From Vitrella brassicaformis CCMP3155 (taxonomy: Eukaryota; Protista; Chromerida): a stretch of 64,000 nucleotides of DNA. The stretch's first letter is position 1. Every line of letters begins with the position of its first letter. The translations under genes and the position numbers were made by a program. The DNA is taken from assembly GCA_001179505.1 (NCBI GenBank), contig CDMY01000235.1, positions 93,322 to 157,321 of the forward strand, written 5' to 3'. Positions 37,815-49,583 of this stretch are shown one piece after another. The notes below the pieces were generated by a model. It saw only the letters and a program-made list of their open reading frames with translations, was not told the DNA's origin and searched no databases.

Positions 37815-38570
37815 ATGCGTGGTTTCCTGGCGTTCACGTTCCTCCTCCCAGTGTGCCAAGGGGCAGGAGATGCAGCTGGAGTCAACATCAACTTGTCAGA
37901 ACAACCAGAGAAAGTCAGCACGCTGTGCTCGTTCTGTGAATACTGCCAGGTCAGGAGGAGGAGGCAGAACTAGAGGAGGGCGATACATGTGGCCTGTTGC
38001 CAGTGTGCCTGATCTGATCATATTTCTGATGCCGTCTTGTGTGTCCTTCGCTTGCCATGGTGTGTCAGTTCTGCGACGAGTGCAGGAAGTGCCCTTGTGA
38101 GCGGTCTGACAAGACGCCCAACTGTCACTACTGCGGCTACTGCCGCTTCTGCCCAGCCTGCCGGCTGTGCGGTGTAAGAAAGAAAAGGTGGCATGGCCTG
38201 CTCCATGGTTTCATATTTGTGTATATGTGCAGTTGTGCAAGCAGAAGGGCATTGCCAATATGGTGGGCTCGGCCCTGGACTTCGTACTCAAACAATTCGA
38301 CCGAGCCCTTGGGTGGGTGAGAGCCCTGCAGTCAGACGCATGGCCTAAGCCCTTTCGAGTGTCTGTCCTTTGCGTATGGTATGCAGTTTCAGTGTCAGCA
38401 AGGAGAACGTCACGGTGCCTGATAGGGCGACCATCGAGGAGGACGTGCAGAAGACGGAGCTATACATGCGAAAGATGAAGGCCACTCAAGCAGAACAAGA
38501 GGAAGAGGAGCAGGAGACCAGCGTAGCCGACGATGAGGAAGAGGCAGACCACACACACGATGAGCTGTAG
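37815..38570 (+). CDS. ER-lumenal cysteine-rich protein with HRC-type CxxC domain and C-terminal HDEL (4 exons)
   Basis: Signal-like N-terminus MRGFLAFTFLLPVCQG; LCSFCEYCQFCDECRKCPCERSDKTPNCHYCGYCRFCPACRLCGLC; acidic tail ending HDEL*. Confidence 0.8.
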
Positions 38571-38731
38571 CGGCTTTGCTGTACATGTCGACCTCACTTA
38601 CGAAGCGTGTGAATACTCGATATGTCTTAGCGCTTATATCGTCTGACGATAAGTCACGGCACAGATCATCGCATGCTATCGACACACATACACCATCAAT
38701 GCACTGCACCGTACACCCATACACACATACA

Positions 38732-41700
38732 TCAGTCGACACCTTTGCCCTTAGGCCCTTTGTCCGTCTTGTCCGCCCCAATGTTTCCGTTAAGCGCCGC
38801 CACAACAATAGGCGGGGAACCCGCTTTTGCCTGCAACTCTCTTCTAACCCTCATTCTGCCATCAAATCCCCCCAAGAATGCACCCTGCTGAAACCCTTTT
38901 CTCTTCATTGGAGGTGTGGCCTCTCGTGCAGGATGGTATGCAGCTCCATCTTGCACGGGAGGCAGGCGGCCGTCTCGCTTCTGCTGCGTCGACGGAGCAC
39001 TTTTAGGCGGCTGTCCGGTGGCAGATACCAACAGTGGATGGCTGGGGGACGGTGCCGTGGCGGCCGTCTGCGGCGGCGAGGTCCACCCTCCGCCTCTTGG
39101 CTGAGTCCCGCCCGGTCGCGTGAATGGGCGAGGGGGAGACGGGGGTGTCGACGGGGGAGGCGTGATGTGTTTCCTGCAATCCTCGCTGTCGGGCCTCTTG
39201 TTTGGCTCTTCATCCGATGCCACAGCACGATCCTCAGCCTTGACTGTCGGCTTCTCCTGCACACTCTTCCACACGAGTTTCGAGCGGCTGGGAAGCCTGC
39301 TCTCGTCGTCTACTGGAATGCCGAAGTTGCGCAAAGACTCACGAAGCTGCTCTCCCACGTGTGCCTTTCCTCCAGCTGTCGCCTCGTACTTGTCGCCTGG
39401 GACGGGCCAGGAGGGAGGGGGGTAGGTGGGCCTGTCGGCAGTCGGCTGATGAGACAGTACTTTGGTGAGGTATAGCCACGGGTCGACGCCGCCCGTGTTG
39501 TCGATACCCCCGCCGATATGCGGCAGTGGATACACAGCCTCAATGTCGCGGAAGTCTCGGACATTCCTTGGTGGCCTCTTGTCCGTCTTGTCTGCTTTTG
39601 GCTCCTCTGCAGTTGATGCCCCCTGCCCCCTTCTTCTGCTCGGCCGGGGTATTTGGTTGAAGGAAGAGGTCAGCGGCCGCGCAGGGAAGGGAGGTATAGT
39701 CTCCTCCCTCGTTCCTGCTTTGGTCATCGCTGCTTGCATGTCATCGACGGTGGACCGGTCGAACTTCGCTTGCTCCTCTGCCAACCTCATGAAGCGCCCT
39801 AGGTGTTCGATCGCCGCTGTGCCCCACCAGTGCGGATGCAGGAAGGACAGGGCTCGCTCGATGGGCTCCTCTGTCGGGCGAGCGGGACGGGGAGGCGATT
39901 CTTCCACGATCGAGCTGGATGAAGAGCGAGCTTGTTCCGTCTCCGACCCCTTTGTCATCCGGTGGGAGACATTTATCACCATTTCAGGCAGTATCTCTGT
40001 GCGCTCTTCTGCTGATTTCTCCTCCTGCTGAGGCGGTGCAGCGGCAGGAATGTCTGTGAGTGACGATGAAGACTTCAGCAGAGCTTGACCCGCAATGGGC
40101 AGGATAGGGGAGGACGGCGCCGGCGAAGCCGTTTTTGGCGAGGGGACCACGATGCGATGGAAAGGCACGGGCATAGAAGGAGTCGATGGTGACACAGGAG
40201 CCTGCATACAAATGAAGAAGAGTGGAAAAAGTCTTCCCAGGTCATGTCTCTGCCTGCTGGAGACCGTACCTCTGTGCCGCTCTTCATGCCCTGTTCTTTC
40301 ATTTCCCTTGCTCTTTCTCTCCGCCTTTTCTGCTCCTCGACTTTTCGTTCGCCGCCCAGGGCAGGAGCGGACACGGCGCCGACGAAGGGAGCCGTCGCTC
40401 CATCCCTCCACTGGTATCGCTGCAGCAGGATGGCCATCTGCATGATCAGGTCGTACGGGAGCCCTGCTGGCAGCGACACGCCACCCAGGCCGCCCATAAC
40501 ATGCAGGGGCGACAGCCATCCATGGCCAGCCTGGACGCCACGGGATCGCCTCTCCCTGTCCCATTTCTCCATCTCCCTCTTCGCGTCGACCAGTGGTGTG
40601 AGTCTGGCATACATGTCTCGCCCTCCAATGTACTCCGTCTCGCGAGCAATGCGATGTTCCCGATCTGGCGTAGGGCGCCCTGGTGGAGGTGTGGGCTGTG
40701 TCGTATCGAATGGCTGATACGCGATGGGTGGGTGATATCTGTCTCCGTCTTCATAGTATTCCCGCTCGCGATCGGTGCGATATGCCCGGTCTGGCGTGCG
40801 TCGGCCTGGCGGAGGTGCGGGCTGAATTGGCTGCGTTCTATCGCGTGGCTGCATCTGGTCGGAAGGATGATATGCGGGCAGCCACCTTTCTGTCTCGGAG
40901 GGCCCGTAAGTCGTAGGTCTGGCCATTGGTGGTCCTCCTGGCTCCTCGTAGAGTGTGGCCATTGTTCCATAAGAAGCCCCGAGTTTCGATTCGGTCAGCA
41001 TCGGCGAGGGCTGGAAGCCGGAGCTCTTGGAGGGCTCACTACCCGTCTCTGGCCGGAACATTGATGCTGATTGCTCTAGCGACGGGGAGGGGACAGCAGA
41101 GGGGGTGGAAGGTTGGGGGAAGAAGCCCGCACCCGTGGCGCCTGGCTGTGTCGATGGTGTGACGGGTGCGGGGGACAAAGCGGATGATCCAGGCACAGGG
41201 CGAGCACCGCTGGGTGTTGGCCGACCACTGCTGGGTGTGGGGAGCGGCCGACCAGTGACTGGCGATCCTGCCCGTGGCTCGACTTTCCATTCGGCAAGAG
41301 CTTGCTTGACGTCCGGCCTCCAGATCTTGCTGGGCGACACGGGACTGGCTCTGTCAGCAAGGCGCATGACCTCGCTGGCCCCCGAAGTCTCCATTTCTTC
41401 CAGGTCGAGCTGCAGCCAGCCCCTCTCCTCCAGGAACTGCTTTGTCTGCGCTCTTCTAAATCCCACGCTGGGCCTCTGCTGGAAGGCAGCCGACGACGAG
41501 CGCCGAAGGCTGGGTCGATGGGCGGCAATGTCGAAGCCAACCTGCTTCTCTGCTCAAACACAGGTCCGAGATACAGTGATTCAGATAATATGTGCTTTGT
41601 ATTCTACACGTGCCTGAAGACAGACCTGAGGCGCCAGAGGAAGATCCAGCTGACGATCCCGATTCCCTTGTCTCCGAGTCTCGCGGCTTCCTTCGCTTCC

Positions 41701-44700
41701 GCTCGCCTGACGTCGGGCTGATTTGCCTCACCGACGGTGACGACCCCGGGGAGGTGTCAAGCTGGAAGGTCTGGGTCTTCATAGGGATCGTGGGACGCTC
41801 GCCAGCGTCGCTGGAGGCACTCTCCTCTCTCCTCAGTGGTCTGACATAGAGTTGGATCTGCTTCTTGCCCTCCCGCAGGAGCTCCGTGATCACTGTGTCC
41901 AGCTGCTCAAGCCACTGGTGAAGCAGGCCATCAAGCTGCATCCATGAAACAATAGAATCAATCCACATTCTGCACAGTCAGTCGAATGAATGACTGTTTC
42001 GTGTGTCACCTTTTCGTCTGGGATCTCTTGAACTGTCTCTTTCCTGAGCGACGACGAGGCTAGTATGGGTCTTGTTGAGGGTCGCGCTTTGACGAATGAT
42101 GACGCATGGAGGAGTCCTAAAGCGTCGGTCAGCTGCGTCATCTCACGGCGACAGATCCCCGTGAAGAGCTTTCGAATCTCCCCCAGCCGCTCTAGACTGA
42201 CATGCGGAGCAGACGTGGGAAAAGAATGAAGAGACACGTGTATCCATACTTGATTACCGTTTGATGCCGGTTTGTAGGAAGCGATGAAATGCGCGAGGCT
42301 CCGTCGTGCCATCGCCTTTGCCTGTGCATTGCAGACGCGTTCACCCTGCTCTGCTTTGAGTGCAGTGAATCACAGTGAATCACTCACTGTGATGCCAATT
42401 ACCGAGAGGCGGCATGCGGGCAGCCAGAAGGTCCGTGAGTGCTGCAGCCTGCGATGCGTCGGTACTTCGGTTGAAGTCGCCCAGCTCCTGCAGCACCGCA
42501 CCAGCCAAGCCTGAGAGAGGCACACAGGTTTGTCACAGTCAAGACAGGTGTCGTGCTTGATCCTCTGTACCAGCGGTAGGCGGCTCTTCTGCGAAGAAGA
42601 CGGGTCCATGCAGGGCACTCACCCACGACTGTGTTCCGAATGACCGCACTTCTCTGTTGCCCACCCTGCTCTCCTCCGCCCGCCCCACGTCAAGGAAGTC
42701 GATCGCTTCCTGCACCTCAGCCTCCTTCTTGGCCTCCTCAGCTCCGCGTCTCTTCTTTCGATCAGCAACGTCAGCTGGCGGCGCCCCCTTGTCTCTTGCG
42801 CCCTCTGCGCCCCATCCTCTTGGAGTGCTGGATGACGAGTGGTCGATGGGTGTCGGGTGGGCAGGCGGCTTCTCCAGTGAACCGCTGCGGGAGGCCGACC
42901 GCAACAGGGCCTGCGGTGTTGGGGGAGGCAGAGGCGTCGTAGGCAGGGAAGAGGCCCAGTCTCCTGTGGCAGGCACTTCTTTCAGGATGGTTTCGATCCA
43001 CTCCTGCAGTTCGCGAACGCGCTGTGGGTGAGACACGACATGAGCACGAAATTGATACATGAACGTCGGCATACGAATGCACGTGTGTCGCACCTGTCGG
43101 ATGTCGGTGTTTTCATCTCTGAGCCTTTTCACCATGGTGTCCTCCTCCACTCCACCAGTCGTCGCTGCCCGTTTCACAGGAGACCGTTCCTCGCCTTCTC
43201 CCTCCTTCTCATGGGTTGGCGGCACCTGCACAGACTTGGACAGACCAGCCAGAAGCTTGTCGGTGCTGGAAGTCTTCTGCATGACAGCACAGGGCGGGGG
43301 TGTGCAGCGGATACACGTGTCAATCGATGCGCACCACTTGTCGCACCTGCAGAGAGGCAGTTCTTGATCTGTGTGGCCTGATGGCGAGGTCTTCCGTGCT
43401 GCCCTTGCCCTTGCCCTTGGATCTGCCGCCCGTTGCGATCTTTTGTCCGGGCTTCTTGGCCTCAGGTCTCTTCTTTTTCCCCTTGAGCACTTGAGCTGGC
43501 GGCGCCTCAGCCTCTGCCGCTTCGGCCTCCTCTGCCTCCTCTTCTGCCTCTTCTTCAGCTGACTTCTCGAGGGCTTTCAACTGTTTGCGCAGGTTCTCGT
43601 TCTCGATCTGCAGGCGGCCGATCTCGGCGTCCTTCCTGATGACAACCATGCATACCAGGGCGATAATCGAGCAATTGAGAGCAAGGCGTGTGACGGCTGC
43701 TTACTTGTCGACGAGGGCCCTCTGTTCGGGTGGCATCGGTGGGGCTCTTTTGCTGAGTATGCCTCCGATGAAACTAAGCTCTGGGGGCCGCTCGGCCTCG
43801 GGAACAGCGGCAAGACGCTCCTCAAAGTTCTGGATCATCTGAAGAGCAATGCACACCAAATGCAATCTGCTCTTGGACAGTCCTTACAACACTTCAATGC
43901 TGACTTACCTGCCATTGCTCTTCGATAGTGCGCTCCATCCGTTTTATTTTGACTCCCATGACCTTCTCCATCTCGGCCTGGTTGGCCTCCACTTCCTGCG
44001 CCACCCTCGCCTTGACGCGGTTCTCCAGGGCACTGTGGCATACATACCACAGACATCCATCCGTGAGCCTAACCTTCATGTATGTCTCCTTATGTTCCTC
44101 GCCTACGCTTCTATCCTATCTTCAAGTGCTTCAGGGTCCATTGAGTACAAGGCATCAAAGTAATCAAGGGTGGTGAAGTGGCTTGCTGCCAGCGCATTTT
44201 GGACCTACACAATCCAGACACGCACGGCTTGTCTGCCGTATTGTGTGCGTGTCTTTGCAGACAGATGAGTTATGCACATGTCACCTCGGTCAGCGGGTCT
44301 GTCTCCCGCTTGACTGGCTTGCGTGCGACGGGGCTCCTGGCTTCTTCAGACAGAGCGAGAGGGTGAGGTGGAGGGGCCTGGGGCGGCGACACCTTGGCAA
44401 GCGTGATGCCGCCACGCAGTAGTGCCTTCTCGAGCTCCTGGATTCGCTGCTGCAGCTCATCCGCGAACTTGAGCACCTCTTCCTTTTCCTGAGCTGCCCG
44501 GATGATGATCTGCTTAATGCGGCTGTTAAGCATTCGGGCGGTCTCGGGGTCAAGGTACTCCGTCGGCTCAAACCAGAACACCTGCGATATGCATGAAGAC
44601 AGACAATACTGAGACATTTCGTTTGCAGGGCGAAGCATGATTGCGATCGAGGTTTCTGAACCTTAAGCGGCTCGAATGTTTCTTCGGCCTCCTTGCGGAA

Positions 44701-45369
44701 GAGCTGCTCCCTGACAAAGAGACGGCAGACAGACAGACATGTGGGAACTTCACAAGAAGAATATATGACTGACCTGAGTAGAGTGATTTCGAGGTAGTAG
44801 TCCCATCGACACTTGGACAGCTGTGCAGACCGCTCGAGCAAATGCTCCTCGAGAGCCATCATCTTGTCTCGATAGGAGGCCACTCTCCTCTCCATATTCG
44901 CCATCCTCGCTCTGTTCTCCGGGACGACCGTCTGCCAATACACCTTCATGAGTGTCTCTGCAAAGCCGCCCAACAGATTCTCCACCACATCGAGCTCTTG
45001 ATGGACCCCGCCGTACGTGCTCCGAATCACGTCAACCCTTCTTTCCTCCTTGTCCTCTTCCTCTTCAGGCGTCTCCCTCTTCCGTGACTCATAGGCCTTG
45101 AGGTAGTAGAGGTGGGCCTTGGGAAAGCTGACGACTTGATTGAAGTCTTCTCCCTTGGAGATCTGCTCATTGATCTCATCCACGAAGGTCTGCACGACGT
45201 CCACTAATTCGCCTTTGAAGCTGTTGAGGGCGTCCTTGAACGCTCTGGAGAAGCGCACTTTGTTGGACAGCTCTTGGATGACCCGGTCGTATGTGTGGTC
45301 ATCTAACTCCTCTTCTGACTCATCAGTGATCTCCCTGATATCGTCTCCCTTCTCAAAAACAGCCGGCAT
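38732..45369 (-). CDS. Large hypothetical protein with N-terminal coiled coils and a long Pro/Ser/Arg low-complexity C-terminus
   Basis: A chain of long ORFs (44290-45369, 43320-43649, 42539-43282, 41456-41968, 40075-41466, 38732-40564) joined by plausible GT-AG introns; no recognisable domain. Confidence 0.65.
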
Positions 45370-45614
45370 TTCTGATGCATGCAGTTCGATCCTGGGGGCC
45401 TTGGGGGCAGCGGAGTCTCAAGTTGTGCGAATGAATCCATCGTCATGCGCGCGTCACGGCGAGCCAGCAGATCTACACGCGCAATCGACCCCAACAGCTG
45501 TGCATCACACTTGCTAAACTGAGAAACGAGTCGACCCTTCTGAGAAGGCCGCTCTCTCGCTTGCACTGCACAGGCCAACACCTCTACTACCGCCACACAC
45601 ACAAAAAGGGGCCG

Positions 45615-46490
45615 TCACTTCTTTGGCCGCACAAAATGGTTGCAGTAGCCGCCAGGATGGGCATCAAGGTATAGCTGATGGTACCCCTCCGCCCTGACAG
45701 AAATCGCGTACACCGCACAGACGGCAGGTGTGCGCATTGGCTCATCAGCTCCGACGTGCTCGGCTTCCTGCTCACCGGAAGAAATCTTCGGGCTTTGCCG
45801 GCACGACCTGCGTGGTGATTGGCGCGCCCCACTGCTTGCCCTGCATCTCAGCCATCTTGGCGTTGGCCGCCTCCTTCTGGCTGTCGCTGTGATAGAATAT
45901 GGCGCTGCGGTACTGAGTGCCCACGTCGTTGCCCTGGCGGTTCAGGGTTGTTGGGTCGTGTAGCCTCCAGAAGTAATCGAGCAAGGTCGCATAGTCGACC
46001 TTGTCCTGGACACAGCACAAAGGGCCACGTGAGAAGGTTTTCTGCGGCCGGCCAGGGTAGGACAGTCAGCTCACCGGGTAGTATTCCAGTTGCAGGGCCT
46101 CGGCATGACCCGTTCCTCCAGTGCACACATCCTCGTACGTGGGGCTCGCCTTCTGTCCGCCGATATAGCCTACGCTGGTGCTCTTGAGAGCAGCGCCAAA
46201 CTGACCGACAGGACACAGGGCACGGAACACGCCAAGAAGCTTGTAGTCTTTCATGCATTCAGCCCTGCATCGTCACTCACCTCTTTGCGAAACCACTTCT
46301 CCATGCCCCAGAAGCAGCCGCCAGCGAAGGTCGCATACTGCACCAAACACAGAATGCAGTTGTTGCGCCATCACCTCCCGGTGCCCCTGTGTCCGGCGCT
46401 GACCTCGGTCGGCTTGCTTGGATCTGCGCCCTTGACCAGGTTTGGTCCCTCGGGAATGGCTGTCGACTTTGAGGCCATCGATGAACCCAT
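45615..46490 (-). CDS. MSRA: Peptide methionine sulfoxide reductase A
   Basis: [21 protein letters not shown]...[48 protein letters not shown]...GYCNH. The start codon is uncertain. Confidence 0.95.
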
Positions 46491-46871
46491 CCACAGACAC
46501 AGATACCACACTCTGAAACCACAAACACAGGATGAAGATGAATAGGTCTGATTTGTTTTTGATTGCTGAATCTCCCCTGCCGCACCTGATGCTGATCTTC
46601 CCTTTCTGCGCTGAGATGCAGCAGCAGCGGCAATGCGCTGAGATGCAGACGTGCGAGCTTGAAAAGGTTGAGCGCGCATTTGGGGCAAGAGAGCTTCCGC
46701 CTTGGATGAGTGCATAGCGTGTTGTACAGCTTGTTGGCACTGAAGGCCATCACATAGGCCATCACGTACTACGTACACACCCATAGAAAGTAAGCACGCA
46801 GATGCCGTGCAGGATGAGGATGAACGTTGAGAGTGATCCATTCATTGCAGCCGTGCTTGAATCGCAGCGCC

Positions 46872-48680
46872 ATGGGGGCAGCTGCAGCGGCAGCATCGTC
46901 CACCGCTCGGCCTCAGCCAGAGGTGAGGCATGGCATGGATGGATGGATGCGAAGGCGTGCCGCTGCATTCAATGCATCCATGACCCATTGCTTTGTTTGG
47001 CTGATTGATAGGTGGCGCCAATTACCAGGATGCCGAAGGGCACCATCAACTTCACGAGCGGCTTAAAGGCCGAGTTTGAGGAGGGCACCATGCTGGGCCA
47101 GGGCAAGGGGAAGCCCGTCGTCATGGCCAAGCTCTGGCGGCCACTGCCGGGCCGGGGCGTGACGCCCGTCAGAGCGGCCATCAAGCGGCTCACCCTCCAT
47201 GAGGACCCGCGGAAGCGGCAGCTGCAGAAGCGGGACATCACCGAGCTGCGGCAGGAGGCCAAGACGATGAGCAAGATGGGCGGGTGGGCGCCATTCATCA
47301 ACCTCATCGCGGCCGACACCGACGACGCCAAACCGGCCGAGTATGTGCGTAGCGACGGGGTCAAGACGCCGGTGCTGTGCATAGCTATGGAGGCACTCGG
47401 TGAGTGAGCCCTACACACAGCACGCACATACGCGTCAGATCAGATCAGAGGAGCGAGATGAAGGGGACGAAGGGTCATTCATCATTTCAGTCAGTCAGTC
47501 ATTGTGTGGTGTGTGTCTGTTGTGTGGTGTGTACGTCCCGCATGCAGAGGGCAGCAAGTTCGAGGAGATCGAGAAGGTGTTCGGGTTCGTCCCCGGTGGC
47601 TACGGCTACAACGTGCGGGCCATCCACGAGCGCTTCGCGGCCAGCGGCGACCCGGAGCAGCTCCGCCAGGAGCTCATCGTGCTGACCAAGGCACTGGCCA
47701 TGGTCTGCCAGGCGCACCGGGGAGCCGTGTGGCGCGGCGGGCTGCACCAGGACGGCTTCAACAAGAACATCATGCTGCCCAAGGCCGTCCTCGACGGCGA
47801 GCGCGCCCTCAAGCCGTACCCGGCTGACAACGGCCAGAGGATGATAGACCTGACCAACGTCATCCATCTCGGCGCCACCACCACCAGCAGCAGCAGCAGC
47901 GGCCCACCCCCGCGCTACATGGGCGAACCCGCCCACACCGCCCTCGTGCCCCTGGACCCGGAGCAGCAACAACGGCGAGGGCAGATCGTCGGCAGCACGC
48001 CCTTCTCCAGGGCGCCCGAGCTCATCATGGTCACCACGTGCCACGGTGACACGCCCGCTGGACTCCAGCCGAAGGATGGCGAGTCGGCTGAGGTCCAGGC
48101 GCAGAAGGCGGCACTCAGCGCGGCGAGGGCCGAGGTGCGGGACGACATGCGAGAGAGAGGGCTGCTGGTGGGCAAGGGCAAGGAGGAGGGCATCTGGGTG
48201 GGCGCGCCGGCTGCAGTCCATGGCGTAGGGCTGCTCATAGCCGCAGCGGGGACGCTCGGCCGGAGCATCGAGGGCCCGCTGAAAGAGGGGGAGGACCAGC
48301 AGCGGTGGTACGACACGACTCGGTGGCGGGTGGTGAGATGCTGTCGGTGTCCGGCTTCAACGACGGCAAGGACTTCATGAAAGAGGACGGCCGCCCCAAC
48401 AGCGCCGACGGCTGCCCCCTGGACAAAGTCAAGCTTGATTTTGTCCAGGAGTGGCTAAACCGCATTTGCGCCATCGCCGCCAAGGCCACCAACCCCGAGG
48501 AGCAGGACCGCGGCACCCTGCAGGACGTCGAGGACGCCCTCTTCGCCGCGCTGAAGGCGCTCGAGCGGGCCAAACCCACTGCGTCGACTGCCCACGACAC
48601 TCAGCACCCCACCACGGCCGGCGCAGCACCTTCTGAAGACGCCCACCACGCCGAGGGAGAGGACGAGCAGGTGGCTGCAG

Positions 48681-48723
<43 letters not shown>

Positions 48724-48739
48724 GCAGCAGCAGCTGTGA
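46872..48739 (+). CDS. Highly divergent protein kinase with an apparent frameshift near 48310-48320 (possible pseudogene) and a poly-Q tail
   Basis: LGQGKGKPV (G-loop), AAIK, E of alpha-C, HQDGFNKNIML (catalytic loop), MIDLTN, SRAPE. The subdomain XI-like ATNPEEQDRGTLQDV occurs only in a shifted frame. Confidence 0.65.
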
Positions 48740-49583
48740 GATGGAGAAGAAACACAGTTGAAGATTAGCGGGCGGAGACATGGTCTTCATGATAGCCCCA
48801 GCCGGACCACACCAGCCATGCTTGAGCCTCGCCCTCCTCCCCCCCCTCCCGCCGCCACACGCACAAGACAGCAAGAGGTGCGCTGGCCACCGATCGACCG
48901 ATGTGTACACGTGTTCCAGTGAGGATGTATTGCTATGGATCCACTTGTCTTGTCTTCAGGTGATTTCTATCTGTCCAATCTTGACGCCCCTTGGATCCCT
49001 GTCTGGCTGTGGAGTCGGGAAGCCACATATGTACGAGAAGACAGCCAGCATCACTGTACGAGAAGACAGCCAGCATCACAGGCAGGAGAGTAGCTGCCTG
49101 CCACTCACTGGGTGACCGAGTCTATCCGACACTTGCTCTGGTGCTTGCCTTGCATGCAGAACAGCTGCAATCAATCGTTGAGTGCACAGACGGGTCGAAA
49201 GGTCCCACACACACAGATCCATACGAGTTTAGATGCACCAAAGGCCGAATGGTGTGTCCACATGCATGTGCCACCCAAGACAATCTAGCTTCGGCCTGGA
49301 TGCTTGCTTTGCTTGCATTCTTGCTGTTCTTGCTTGCAAGTAAGTAATGTCGGCGGTGAGACAATCGACTCACTCCTTGACGTGTGAATGAATGGTCCGC
49401 TACAACTACAGCACCTTCAGTCGAAGGAGAAGAACAACGCACAAGATTGCTGTGTGTTGTTTTCCTTGGACTGGAAATGCTGCAGCTGGACGCCCCATCC
49501 CTCGGTCAATGTCAGCACATTAACACACCATCCGAAAAACACTATCCAGACTCGTATTGACGGGTCTCTGAGTAGCCACGGAC

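Noticed and set aside
48300-48330. Programmed -1 ribosomal frameshift in the kinase
   Set aside because: No X XXY YYZ slippery heptamer at the junction; a dinucleotide slippage indel is simpler.
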